A DNA stretch of 64,000 nt from Octopus sinensis. Its lineage: Eukaryota. The notes beneath the pieces were generated by a model. That model saw nothing but the letters and a program-made list of their open reading frames with translations, did no database searches and was not told the DNA's origin. This document shows, piece after piece, positions 23,753-36,320 of this stretch. The position numbers and the translations under genes were made by a program. Positions within the stretch are counted from its first letter, which is position 1. Every line of letters begins with the position of its first letter. The stretch covers positions 97,836,001 through 97,900,000 of the forward strand of contig NC_043002.1 in NCBI RefSeq assembly GCF_006345805.1, written 5' to 3'.

Positions 23753-24304
23753 TTGTGTTGTCCGGAATTATAGAAGCTTAAATTTCGACTTATTTTAGAA
23801 CATGGCTGAGTCCATAAAATAGGATTTCACTACACCTCCATTTAGAACACAGTTTAAGCTATCTTTTCGTGGAAGAAGATTTATGTTCCTATAACCCGTA
23901 TTAATTCTGTAACTCTTTAAAATGGAAGATAAGAATGTTCATTTTCGGCACTTGATGCTTTGGGAACCAGACAAAAATTGTTGCAGGTCGGCTGGGATGT
24001 GTTACCCCAACCTCCATATTCACCAGATTTTGCTCCTTCGGATTTCCACTTATTCAGGTCTCTACAGAATAGTCTTAATGGTAAAAATTTCAATTCCTTG
24101 GATGACGTAAAAAGATACCTTGATGAATTCTTTGCCATGAAACCACCTGAATTCTGGGAAGAGGGTATTTTCAAGTTAAAGGAAAGATGGAGATGCATTG
24201 TGCAACAAAATAGTTCATATATGGTCGATTAAAATGTAATGGCAAGTATTTATTGACCTTTTTCTTTCCTTTAAAAATCAGTACGAACTTTCCGGACAAC
24301 CCAA
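23753..24304 (+). mobile_element. Internally deleted mariner (Tc1/mariner) transposon with both TIR remnants
   Basis: TA|TTGTGTTGTCCGGAA ... TTCCGGACAACCCAA|TA. The N-terminal MEDKNVHFRHLMLWE is joined out of frame to the C-terminal WDVLPQPPYSPDFAPSDFHLFRSLQN..WEEGIFKLKERWRCIV. Confidence 0.9.
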
Positions 24305-24553
24305 TATTTTGCGTGATAGATTCAGAATTTTAAGAAATTCTACGTTTATCCGTTTTTTAATCAATAAACGTGTGTATTGCTTGAGAAAGCAAAACCTTTT
24401 TCCTTTGTTAGATCTTAGATTTTTGCTTACTCGTTAGTACAGTAATCATTCGTGTCCCTATCGGCCATTGCTTGTTGAAACCAGGCGATCAAACGATACA
24501 AACAAAAATCTTCTTTCGCAATTGTTATTACTAGTATTAATATTACTAATGTT

Positions 24554-24957
24554 GTGGAGGCGCTATGGCGCAGTGGTTAGGGCAGCGGACTCGCGGTCAT
24601 AGGATCGCGGTTTCGATTCCCGGACCGGGCGTTGTGAGTGTTTATTGAGCGAAAACACCTAAAAGCTCCACGAGGCTCCGGCAGGGGGATGGTGGTGATC
24701 CCTGCTGTACTCTTTCACCACAACTTTCTCTCACTCTTAACTTCCTGTTTCTGTTGTACCTGTATTTCAAAGGGGCCGGCCTTGTCACTCTCTGTGTCAC
24801 GCTGAATATCCCCGAGAACTACTTTAAGGGTGCACGTGTCTGTGGAGTGCTCAGCCACTTACACGTTAATTTCACGAGCAGGCTGTTCCGTTGATTCGGA
24901 TCAACCGGAACCCTCGTCGTCGTAACCGACGGAGTGCAAAAGGAAGTGCTTCCATCC
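24554..24957 (+). mobile_element. tRNA-Arg-like SINE family A, full length
   Basis: A box TGGCGCAGTGG, B box GTTTCGATTCCC; TSD ATTACTAATGTT at 24542-24553 and 24958-24969. Possibly one of the published octopus OR-type SINEs (not verified). Confidence 0.9.
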
Positions 24958-25414
24958 ATTACTAATGTTATTATTGTCATCATTCCTCTTTCCACCTTTC
25001 TCTCATCCTCCCACATTCCTCTCTGACAAACCTCCCTTTTGTATCAATGTAGTATCTTCTGTTTATCAATTTCATCGTTGTGTCAACAAACCGATTGGAT
25101 GTTGTGTCACGTATGGATTTCACACATTTACAGCAGAAACACAAAAGCCAAAAACAGTATGTTTTGTCTAAGATTTTTTTTTGTCTTTATCTTAATTTGG
25201 TTATCATATTAAATCACATCTCAGATGATTGGGATCATTTTTCTACGCCTTGGCATTGTTTAAAAAATTTTTTTTTTCGCTTTGAATGATGTATCTCTTT
25301 CTTTGTCTTGCAAAACGTATGTGAAGAACATTGATGCGTAGTCGAGATACATGCATATTGGCGCACACATACACACTGGTACACGCACACACACACACAC
25401 ACACACGCACACAC

Positions 25415-25481
<67 letters not shown>

Positions 25482-25829
25482 AGTATGTATGTGTGTGGGT
25501 GCGTGTGTATGTATGTGTTTGTGTCTGTGTGTGTTTAGGTGTATGTGGGAGTATCACTATTCACCAGTCTATCTATTTATTTATCTATCTATATACACAT
25601 GCACATACAAATGTATATAAATATGTATATATATGTATATTCATACATAAATGCATGCACACAGACATGCATTTATATATATCTATATATGTATGTGTGT
25701 ATATATATTAGGCTAGGCGTAATTTTCCTCTACACATCAGCACATGCTGTTTCACTCGTCACCATAACGAGCAACCGCATCATTTCTCGCATCCGGTATT
25801 ACTTCGTCTTTCCTTTCTCAGACATCGAC

Positions 25830-26760
25830 TAACTTCTTTTCGTTATTATGAACAACACCCTTTGAAAAGGGACATCGGGATTGTATAAGAGGTCGAATCT
25901 TGTCGAGCTTGTTAACCATTACATATATCTAGTATAGTGACAATGCAGAGCACTAAACACCCGATGCTCCTTCGCTTTTCCTATTCAAATATGTAGATAG
26001 TATCTCATGGTCACTTTTTGTGAGCAGACCGGTTGTATATATGGCAAAATGAACGATACAAATGAATACATATTTCAAAGGGAACATACACCAACAACAC
26101 TGGCTCACACTCGCTGCTCGATTTCCAAACTAAAATAACAAAGGGTGAGATTACATATTATCAAGTTCCACAAGAAAACTGGTTGTATATTCAGATCAAC
26201 CCCACAAACAACTGATAATCCCTTTTGAAAATAGAATGTAATCACCCTTATATATATAAGATACAGCAGTGCAGATGATATATCTTCAAACAAAAAGCTG
26301 AACGAAAGTTTACTGAAGCGAACGCCTATGCATTATCATATACAAAGCATCATTTTCATAATAATTCCACAACGAAAGTTAACACCTCTCGTAGCATCAC
26401 TCGACTTCTTAATCTTCCGCATTTTAACGACAAAATCCCTGCTACATACTGGAGGAAATCTGTACAGGACATATTAAGTATCCATCAGGTGAGAGCTTGG
26501 CCTTCCGCAAGAAAAAATGTTGACGCTATGTCAGTCCCACATATCAACTATGCATGAAAATTAGCCAACAGCCCTGTGAACAATATGGATATGTGTTTAA
26601 AGGTGTACGCAGTGTACGAAATAGCATGTAACGAATGTGGTGTAATTTGCAACAGCAGTTGTTAACAAACTGATCAACCGCGTAAAAGAACACATGCGTA
26701 TGAATGCATCTTCTGTCAGAACACTTCGAGATGTTGTAACCAAGACTTCACCGCCAAAGC
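25830..26760 (+). pseudogene. Heavily decayed Penelope-like element (RT and GIY-YIG remnants)
   Basis: Manual translation across stops and frameshifts gives, in PLE order: NNTL*KGTSGLYKRSNL (cf. YxQxxGxxMGSxL), APSLFLFKYVDSI (cf. RYVDD), SLLDF (cf. PFLD), VYEIACNECG and NRVKEHMR (cf. VYxIxCxxC..YIGxT..RxxEH). Confidence 0.5.
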
Positions 26761-26981
26761 AACAAAGCAGAGTATTGGTTATACATTGTTATTAAGAAAT
26801 TAAAAGTATATTGTGAACAACACAAAAAGTTGCACGGTATCAAATAGACAACATAAACTATCAGCGTATAGTATTATGCCCACCCAGTCAATCGTATATC
26901 ATCTTAGCAGTGGAGCTGTGCTTAGTTTCCATATGGAGATTGATGAGGGTTTTTTAAGGCGAAATATCGAAATATAATGTA

Positions 26982-27368
26982 CGAGCAAAACGCACCCCCC
27001 CCGTCCAATGGACGGTGCTGAGTTGTCAAACATTTAAACCAAATTTTCTCAAAACAACTTGTCCGACCATCCCATAGGCCTCTCCTATGAGAAACACTGA
27101 TTTAACCTAAATTTGAGACACCAGCAAAAGAAGAAATAAAGATAGACTTTTTTTCTATTCCAAGAAAAACGATTTTACAAATGCACGTTCTCACGGCTTC
27201 ATCGATCGCATTCTCACCTGGAATTGATTTATGTAATTTTTTCAAGACTTATACACGCCCTGATACCGTCGGTGTCTACATATCAAATTTGAGCGCAATT
27301 GGATGGAGGATGCCCGAGATCCTAGAAGACATACATACAGACAGACAGAACGGATTTTATATAATAGA
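26982..27368 (-). mobile_element. Non-autonomous Helitron (family H2)
   Basis: Minus strand begins A|TCTATTATATAAAATCCGTTCTGTCTGTCTG and ends with hairpin CCGTCCA-T-TGGACGG then ..GCTCG|T (CTAG with one mismatch). Confidence 0.55.
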
Positions 27369-27548
27369 TATACTTTTATTTATCTCCACTTAAAAGTGGA
27401 TGTTCTGTTAGAACAAACTATACTCCAGTAGTTTCCATGAGAGACTCTCATATTGGCTTTCGGTGCAAAAAGCACTTTTCTTTTATCTCTTACTTTCTAC
27501 TTGCATTGTTATAGCTTTCTAAAACACATGCACACACCAACACACACA

Positions 27549-27579
<31 letters not shown>

Positions 27580-28154
27580 GCGCGCATATGTATGTATGAA
27601 TGTATATGTGCGTGCGTGTGTGTGTATGTTTAGTATGTATGTATGCATGTATCTATATGTGTGTGTGTATATACGTATGTTCGTGAGGGTGTGTGTGTGT
27701 TGGTGAGGTTGAATATGTGGTTGTGTGAGCTATTTTTTTCTGGGATTTGCATCAGAGTGTAAGGCGCACGTACGCACAGATACACACACAAACGCATACA
27801 CACACACACGTACACACACACAAACGCATACACAATCATACACACACAAACACAGACAGACACACACACGCACACACACACACACATGGACATACACTCA
27901 TACACTCACAGACTTACTTATAAAATATACACTTATACTCAGAAGCATACACATAAATACACAGCAATGTGCTAAAAACATCTATATAAACATATATACT
28001 TAAATATAGTTTAAAAGGTTATATAAATAGATAGTTAAACTATAGAACAGGTATTTGGATGTTATTTTCATTAGAACTATTCGCCAGATGAAGGTCAAAT
28101 ATGAAGAAAAATCATGTAAACGGTTCAATTCCTCTCTTCAATATACAATGTCGC

Positions 28155-28190
<36 letters not shown>

Positions 28191-28228
28191 TATATATATA
28201 TTATATATATATATACACACATACATAC

Positions 28229-28294
<66 letters not shown>

Positions 28295-28375
28295 AATATA
28301 CATATATATATACATATACATACATACATATATATATGTATATGCATATATATATATGTAATACATACACACAAC

Positions 28376-28473
<98 letters not shown>

Positions 28474-29774
28474 TATGTGTGTGTGTGTGTGTGTGTATGT
28501 TGCATTTGCAGGAATCTTGATGTGAACTCCTGAGTTGAAGCAAATCTTATATCTCGGGAGGGTCATTATGTCAGTAATAATAATAAACACACGCACTGGT
28601 GCATGTGGTTATTATCATTGGCATAATGACTCTCCCAAGAAACAACATTATGTATACACACACATACATATGCAATATATGTATATATGTATGCATCTAT
28701 GCCTATTTATATATATATATATATGTACATATGTATATTTGTCTATATATATATATATATATATACACGGACACACATTCATACATACACGAATTCATTT
28801 GGAAACTTTAAATTCAATAAGATTGTGTGCTGCATAAAAAGATGAAAATGGCAGCTTCAAGACGGTCACTCTCTTTTCTCTGTTCGTAACCACAGAATTT
28901 GCTATTTCTTACAACACACAAATTTATTCAGTTTGCTAATATCCCTTCCTACTATAGGCGCAAGGTTTGAATTTTGCGGGAAGTGGGCAATCGATTACAT
29001 TGATCCCAGTGCCCAACTTTTACTATTTCATTGACCCCGGGAAAATGAAAGACAAGTCGACGCCGAAGAAATTTTAATTTAGAACATAAAGATAGATGTA
29101 ATGCCGGCAAGCACTTTGTCTGTCGAGCTAATGACTCTGCCAACTCACTGGCTTTCACTTTCCTAATATCATCGCATTTTCGCTCTCACAATTGATCTCT
29201 GTTTTATCAAATTCTAAAGGTTTCAATACCAAAAATACCAATTCAAATCTAATCAAGAAAGTTGTGAATTTCGTGAGTGCAAAACATTTTAAGAATATCT
29301 GTTACTTTCTTTTATTGTTTACTCAAAGGGAAAAGAATAGTGTCTAAGATCTTTTGAAGAAACTGGAAGGAGAGTAGAAGCGTTAAATGATCAGGTTTTG
29401 GCTTCTGCATCTTTATCGTTAAGCAAACATAGAAGAAAAGGAACCTAGAACCATTTGATTATTAAACTATTTTCTTAAGCACACGGTCTTGTGGACATAT
29501 AAGTGCCATGATACCATAGACTTAATATTAGTTATTTTTATTACAACACATTGTATCCGATAATATTCAAAATACCGTTTTGGAAAGTCATACAACACAA
29601 CTCATACCTGGAGAAAATTTTAAAACATACAAAGATCCTTTATGAAATTAATCCAAATTCATCCACACATAATCTGAAATTATATATCCATATATATAAT
29701 ACAGACAAGTACAATCTGCTTAATAACGATGTAGCTTCAGTAGCGTGGCATCTCAGGTAAAACGTAACCTTGCA

Positions 29775-31186
29775 TATATATGGTGGCTGTCTACTCCTTA
29801 TGCAGAGTTTGACCACCTCCTGTACCTACACCTCAGAATCATCAAGGCATCTGATATGGTTTTTAAAACCAGACAATGTTCTGAAAAGACACCTACATAG
29901 TTAGTACATCCGATTTGGACCACCAAGAGCTGCAGATAAGTTCTGTTCTTTGTGGATCTAAAAATGACTTTTGAGGTCTCCGTTAGATTTGCAAACCTTC
30001 CTTGCATACACTGCATTCAAAGGTGTGCACAGACACATAGGCCGAATAGTTATTGGAGGTTCGTTCTCCATGGGTTCGCATATGTGATTTGAGCCCAGCA
30101 AAAGAAAGGCACACAAAAAGGTCATTGTCATTCACCTTCTCGATCGTAACATTCTTCCTTAGATCTCTTTTGAATCTTACATGCATTATTCTGGCCTCTT
30201 CAACCGCTTTCCCTTCACTCCACACTTTTGTTCGCCATCCAGCTCGATCCGAAGCAAGGGTTTCTATGTCTTCTGGATCCATTCCAAGTGACTTCATAGT
30301 AATCCTTATGCCGTCCTTAAACCTTTTTTTAGGTTTAAGCCGATAGCGTTCCCCTCTGCAAGCTCATCATAAAAACAGCTGTTTCGGCATGCATTCATCT
30401 GCCATTTGAATAATATAGCCACACCATCTCATTTGGTTCCTCAAAATCATATCTATAACTGAGGTGATGCCTGTAGATGCAAGGACATCTGCTTTTGGAG
30501 TAAAGAAATTCCATTTAATGCGATGAAAGCAGTTTTGGTAGAATTGTTCTAACAATTTAAAATGACTTTCATAACAAGTCCATTTTTCACAAGTATACAA
30601 CAGGGATGGTAAGACAAATGATTTGTAAAGAGCTAGCTTTGTATTCTTATCTATATGTCGCTGTCTCCAAACGCGTGACTCCAAGCCACCAAATACTTTT
30701 GCTGCCCTTTGAATTCGCAGATGTATTACTGTATCAAGATTTCCATCATTTTGTACAGAGCTTCCGAGGTAGCTGAACGAATCGACAACCTCAAGTAACT
30801 TCTTAACAAAAATTTTAGCGGGTTTACAATCAGAACCACACGCAGGTTGCTGCATTACAACTGCTTTTTTCAAGTTGATGGTGAAGCCAAAATCATTACA
30901 AGCTGAGTCAAATGCAGATACAAGAGATTGCAGACCTGTTTTAGAGTGACTGACGAGATTGCAATCGTCAGCGTATAGGAGCTCCCTAATGAGTGAAGTA
31001 AAAACCTTCGTCTTGAATTTCAGTCTGGTCAGTTTCAAAAACATCCCCTGTTGTTCGATATTTTATGTAAATACCCACCTCAGAGTTTCGAAAGGCATGT
31101 GGCAACACAACAGTAACGCATATTGCAAAGAGAGTGGGAGCATCACGGTCTCCTTGCTTTACTCCATTTGTCACGGCAAAAGCTTG
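29775..31186 (-). mobile_element. RTE-clade LINE, 5'-truncated and decayed, with ~50-bp flanking direct repeats
   Basis: QAFAVTNGVKQG..APTLF, LLYADDC, GFTINLKK, VDSFSYLGS, RWCGYI.QM, LASDRAGWR, GLKSHMRTH; short (TA) tail at the 3' end; direct repeats at 29725-29774 and 31187-31237. Confidence 0.85.
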
Positions 31187-31231
31187 AACGATATAGCTTC
31201 ATGTAGCGTAGCACCTCAGGTAAAACCTAAC

Positions 31232-31329
<98 letters not shown>

Positions 31330-31399
31330 AACACACACACAAGCACACAACTTTCCACTTCCGGTCACTTCAGCAATGTAATTACACACGTGCTCCTGA

Positions 31400-31565
31400 T
31401 GATTTTTTCCTTCCTTGGACTTTTCCCTTTCCCTTTCCGACAAAGCGCTATGCTCAAAACGTCAAAAACTGTCTCTCTTTTTATTGAGTGTCAAACTAAC
31501 ACATTCTTCAGTACGTCCCTTGTCTGTTATGTCTGTTTTTTTTAATTTATTATTCGTTTATTTGA
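31400..31565 (+). mobile_element. Degenerate hammerhead-motif element (HB/HC-related)
   Basis: CTTTCCGACAAAGCGCTATGCTCAAAACGTCAAAA at about 31432-31467 resembles the CCGACGAAGAGC..GCTCGAAACGTH consensus; downstream body resembles HC copies; ends at (TA)n. Confidence 0.5.
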
Positions 31566-31599
31566 TTTGACTATATATATACATATATACGTATATATA

Positions 31600-31641
<42 letters not shown>

Positions 31642-31831
31642 ATATATATATATATATATATATTATATATTATATAATATAATATAATATATTATATATA
31701 TATATATAATATATATATATAATATATATATATATATATGTATTTTATAAGCTTATAAGGTTTATGCTTATAAAATATTGTTAGTATTATTTACAGAATT
31801 GTAAAACTCGACACTGCTTACCAAAAACCAT

Positions 31832-31879
<48 letters not shown>

Positions 31880-32150
31880 CTAGCTAGTGTACCCGGTAAT
31901 TCCCTGGGCTAAAGATGTTCTATTGAAACGCCTTATTACTCTGATATAAGAAACCATTTTCGTTATAACTGCCACAAAAGGTGTATTTTCCACTGCGAAA
32001 AAGCACAAAAAAACTATCAGCTGGAGGAAGGAGAGATTGTTGGAGGCCGGTGAGAGAGGTTTTCGGTGGTTGGCGAGAACGTACTCTGACTCTTCGTGGC
32101 ATTTTAAAGTTGAACTTTATGAAGGCTGATTTATTAAAGGTAATATATAA
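31880..32150 (-). mobile_element. Non-autonomous Helitron (family H3); 5' limit tentative
   Basis: Minus-strand 3' end CCCAGGGAATTACCGGG-TACACTAGCTAG|T (hairpin plus CTAG); possible 5' end CCTTTAATAAATC near 32150. Confidence 0.5.
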
Positions 32151-32931
32151 ATGTAGTATATATGCATATAAATATATGAATGAAGTGTTTAATGTTTAAG
32201 AATGCAATGCAGAAAGTGCAATAATAATGTGTTTTTATAACTATCGAAAAGTAGCCAGAAGGATAGACATATTGTTGAAAACAAATGATTTTGTTGGAGG
32301 TCTGTTATCTTCATTCCAGCCCCTGGTGGCATAGAAGAGGTTAGAAAGGTGAAGTGGCAAAGACATTATTCTGCTTAGCGAAGACATCTGGGAAATGTAT
32401 AACTGCTATCATTCACAGAAAAAACTATTGTTTTACCGTGAGAAAAGCGCTGTTGAAGTGTAAAGTGAAATTTGGCAATGGAGGATCGAATCCATGCTAT
32501 GTCTGCATGAAGCCACTACAAATACGTTGTGGAATAAATAATTTATCAAATATTGATCGCTTCGCTAAATCCTGCAGGTGATATGGATTATTTCCCTTGG
32601 GTTGTTTAAATAAAATATTAGTAATATGTAGTAGATAGAAGGATCCAATGGAGGGTCCCTATTATCGATTTATTTCACTGATTAAAGTATATCACGAGGT
32701 TTCCAGACGTGAGTTCTACTCACGTCTCAAATAAAGTATAAAAGTGATATTGTCTGCAAAAATTAGAAATTGGACACACAAAAAATCAATATTCAAAGTA
32801 ATCGAACATAAACAATGAAACCTGTAAAATATTTCTAAATTCGATGGCTGAATTAATTTCCTGAAAATGTTGTAGGAACTGTAAATAAGCAATAAATATT
32901 ATGATTTGTAAAATAAGTATAAGTGATACAA

Positions 32932-33310
32932 GTGGAGGCGCAATGGTCCAGTGGTTAGGGCAGCGGACTCGCGGTCGTAGTGTCGCGGTTTCGATTCCCA
33001 GACCGGGCGTTGTGAGTGTTTATTGAGCGAAAACACCTAAAGCAGGGATGGTGGTGATCCCTGCTGTACTATTTCACCACAACTTTCTCTCACTCTTACT
33101 TCCTGTTTCTGTTGTACTTGTATTTCAAAGGGCCGGCCTTGTCACTCTCTGTGTCACGCTGAATATCCCCGAGAACTGCGTTAAGGGTACACGTGTCTGT
33201 GGAGTACTCAACCACTTACACGTTAATTTCACGAGCAGACTGTTCCGTTGATCGGATCAACGGGAAACCTCGTCGTCGTAACCGACGGAGTGCTTCAAAA
33301 AAAATAAATA
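32932..33310 (+). mobile_element. SINE family A (small internal deletion)
   Basis: TSD ATAAGTGATACA at 32919-32930 and 33311-33322. Confidence 0.9.
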
Positions 33311-33702
33311 ATAAGTGATACAGGGTGTCGCAACTGAATGTGGTGTGGATGTTTAGTTCCATTTTTTAAAGAATTTTAAGCATTCAGAATATGAGTTCAT
33401 TGTATTGGGACACAACTTATGAAATACGTTCTGGAAAGAAAAAAATTATGTACTGTCATCGGAAACGTTTAACTGGAAAATTGCAGAACTATCGGAGTTA
33501 TGGGCATGGGAAGTGTATATGCATCAAGAAAGTGCAATAATAAGGTCTAGCAGTTGAAAATTGTGTGTAGTGAAAGACAGAATTAAGTCCGCTGATCGTG
33601 AGAATCAAATATTGATCGATTCGTTAAAAACTAACTACTGTAAGAGCAGGTGTATGGGTTATTATTCCCTTGAGTGTTTAAAAATAGTTATATGAGGTAG
33701 GG

Positions 33703-33768
<66 letters not shown>

Positions 33769-33771
<3 letters not shown>

Positions 33772-33834
33772 TACTTTAATGTCGCACGTATTGTATATAT
33801 ATATACATACAATACGTACGACATTAAAGTACTC
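33769..33834. repeat. 28-bp inverted repeat around a short (TA) spacer
   Basis: 33769-33796 versus the reverse complement of 33807-33834: one mismatch. Confidence 0.9.
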
Positions 33835-33864
33835 CTATATAGACAAAACATACATGCATTCATG

Positions 33865-34246
33865 TACTCTTTTATTCCTGTTCTCATTTCACTCTTTGAA
33901 TTGTGACCATGTCGAGGCACTGTCTTCATGGATCAAGAAGAACAAATCGATTCAAATACTTATTTTTCAATCATGTACTTATTCTATCTAACTATTTCGC
34001 CGGACCGCAATGTGACAGGGACGTAAACAAAGCAGCACTGGTTATAAATCGATGGGGAAAAAACACAGACTCACAAATTCTTACACACACACACGTCTAC
34101 CACGGACTTACAGTTTACCGAATTCACTCACACGGTATTGGTCAGCCCTGGATTATAGTAGAAGACATTTATCCACGTTACCACACAGTAGGACCGAACC
34201 CAAAACCAAGGGGTTACAAAGCGAACTACTTAACCACTCAGCCATG
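33865..34246 (-). mobile_element. SINE family C, old and diverged
   Basis: Colinear with family C including tail, internal (CA) tract and tRNA head. Confidence 0.7.
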
Positions 34247-34397
34247 CAATGGCATAATTAGATATTTACTTATACAGAACCCATAACGAAACAAATATAC
34301 TTGCCAAACTCCAGACACATTACCTTCCCCTGCCCATTCACTTCTCCCTTATTTTACCTCGCTTTTTTCTCACCCAACTCTCTTTAACACACACACA

Positions 34398-34471
<74 letters not shown>

Positions 34472-35097
34472 GAGACAGTATGTCGGTAAGTTCCTTACAG
34501 CTAACATTCACTAATAATTCCTAATTTACATGCGTTTTGTATTGCCGAGTGTTCCATATGTTCAAAATGAAATTGTCTGACTGGAAAGAAACGTGCCTTT
34601 TTTTTTTTTCAACAATCTTATTTGTACTTAAAAGTCATTTCAGATGACCTTTCAGTAAAGCTGTCGTGTTTGGCTAACCTGAAATGAAGTCTTTGGACAT
34701 CTGTTTTTTACGGTTGGTTATGTAAAGTGACTATTGAACTGCTAAACTTGCATCTTATAACATCAGCTCCAATATGTATGCTAACGGGCCATCTAACTGA
34801 CTGACTAATAACACGAAGTGAAGGATAAAGGAGTTGGGTTAAAAATAAAATAAAAACGAAAAGGAAAGAAAAGAAGATGGTTGGTAGTAGAGTTGCTAGT
34901 TGATGGATGCTGTCATAAGAGTGTGGTTTACTTTCCAAATACTAGGTTCCTGGTTCGATTCCACAGTGGGCTATTTTGTAAAAGTGTCTTTTACAATTGC
35001 GACCGATTGACAAATGCCTTGTGAATAGAATTTGGCTGATAGGAATAACAGGAGCCACGCGAAAGTTTGTGCATATGTGTATATATATATATATATG

Positions 35098-35256
35098 TAC
35101 TCTTTTACTTGTTTCAGTCATTTGACTGCGGCCATGCTGGAGAACCACCTTTAGTCGAGCAAATCGACCCCGGGACTTATTCTTTGTAAGCCCAGTACTT
35201 ATTCTATCGGTCTCTTTTGCAATGCTACGGGGACAAACACAGACACACACACACAT

Positions 35257-35287
<31 letters not shown>

Positions 35288-35450
35288 CATATATACGACA
35301 GGCTTCTTTCAGTTTCCGTCTACCAAATCCACTCACAAGGCATTGGTCGGACCGGGGCTATAGCAGAAGACACTTGCCCAAGATGCCACGCAGTGGGACT
35401 GAACCCGGAACCATGTGGCTGGTTAGCAAGCTACTTACCACACAGCCACT
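35098..35450 (-). mobile_element. SINE family C
   Basis: High similarity to 44594-45018 with an internal deletion. Confidence 0.9.
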
Positions 35451-35459
35451 GTATATATT

Positions 35460-35717
35460 AATGGTAAGACAACAAAAGAAGGAAAGAAACCACGATATTA
35501 TGTAAATAGAGGAATTTATCTGTAAATATAATGAGACAATTATTCGGTAGCCATGATATAACTCCGAGTTTCGGATGTCGGGGCGGAAACCTACGCCACC
35601 ATCTCTTCAGTTATCGGGCCATCGATGGCTCCATGACTGAAGAGATGGCGGCGTGAGTCTCTACCCGGACATCCGAAACTCATGGCTGCCTAATAATTGT
35701 CACATATTATATTTACA
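35460..35717. mobile_element. Head-to-head inverted pair of hammerhead-motif units (family HD)
   Basis: 35521-35717 is an imperfect palindrome centred on GCCATCGATGGC; each arm carries CTGAAGA-GATG..CATC-C-GAAACTC. Confidence 0.65.
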
Positions 35718-35736
35718 CACACACACACACACACAC

Positions 35737-35792
<56 letters not shown>

Positions 35793-35819
35793 TATATATT
35801 TTGCTAAATCCACAAGTTT

Positions 35820-35958
35820 TATTTATTCTCTGTTTATTTCCCCATGTTCCTTTCTGTCGAAGAGCGTAGGCTCGAAACATAAGAGGCTTTCTCACTTTTC
35901 CGAGCATCAGACTAATACACCTGCTTGTTGTTTATACACCTGTCTTCGTCTTTTGTTT
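35820..35958 (+). mobile_element. Short hammerhead-motif element (family HC)
   Basis: 35850-35884: CTTT-CTGTCGA-A-GAGC-GTAG-GCTC-GAAA-CAT-AAG; followed by (TA)n(TG)n. Confidence 0.65.
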
Positions 35959-35978
35959 ATATATATATATATATATAC

Positions 35979-36017
<39 letters not shown>

Positions 36018-36081
36018 AGTGAGTGAAGAGACGAAAGAGAAAGACACTTTAGTAGGAGTTACATATATTTACGTAATATTT

Positions 36082-36241
36082 TAAACAGTTTGATCCGGCT
36101 CCACGAGATCAAAGTTTTGCAAGATTCATACAGAAACACAGCACGTTGAGGCTCAGATTACCGAACTGGTAATCTAAGACTGAACGACTTGGATTTCTGT
36201 AAGAATCTCTGAGTCGCATGGAGCCGAATGAAGCTGTTTTA
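36082..36241. repeat. ~160-bp imperfect foldback (MITE-like)
   Basis: Outer ~23-bp arms (TAAACAGTTTGATCCGGCTCCA / TGGAGCCGAATGAAGCTGTTTTA), middle ~16-bp arms (36122-36137 and about 36192-36208), inner AGATTACC-GAACT-GGTAATCT. Confidence 0.65.
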
Positions 36242-36258
36242 AATAATAATAATAATAA

Positions 36259-36296
<38 letters not shown>

Positions 36297-36320
36297 TGTT
36301 GATGATGATGATGATGATGA

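Noticed and set aside
24554-24640. tRNA-like sequences (also 7808, 20300, 20653, 22800, 32932, 42220, 55356, 62250) as tRNA genes
   Set aside because: Each continues into a shared SINE body, several with TSDs, and lacks a complete acceptor stem; they are SINE heads.
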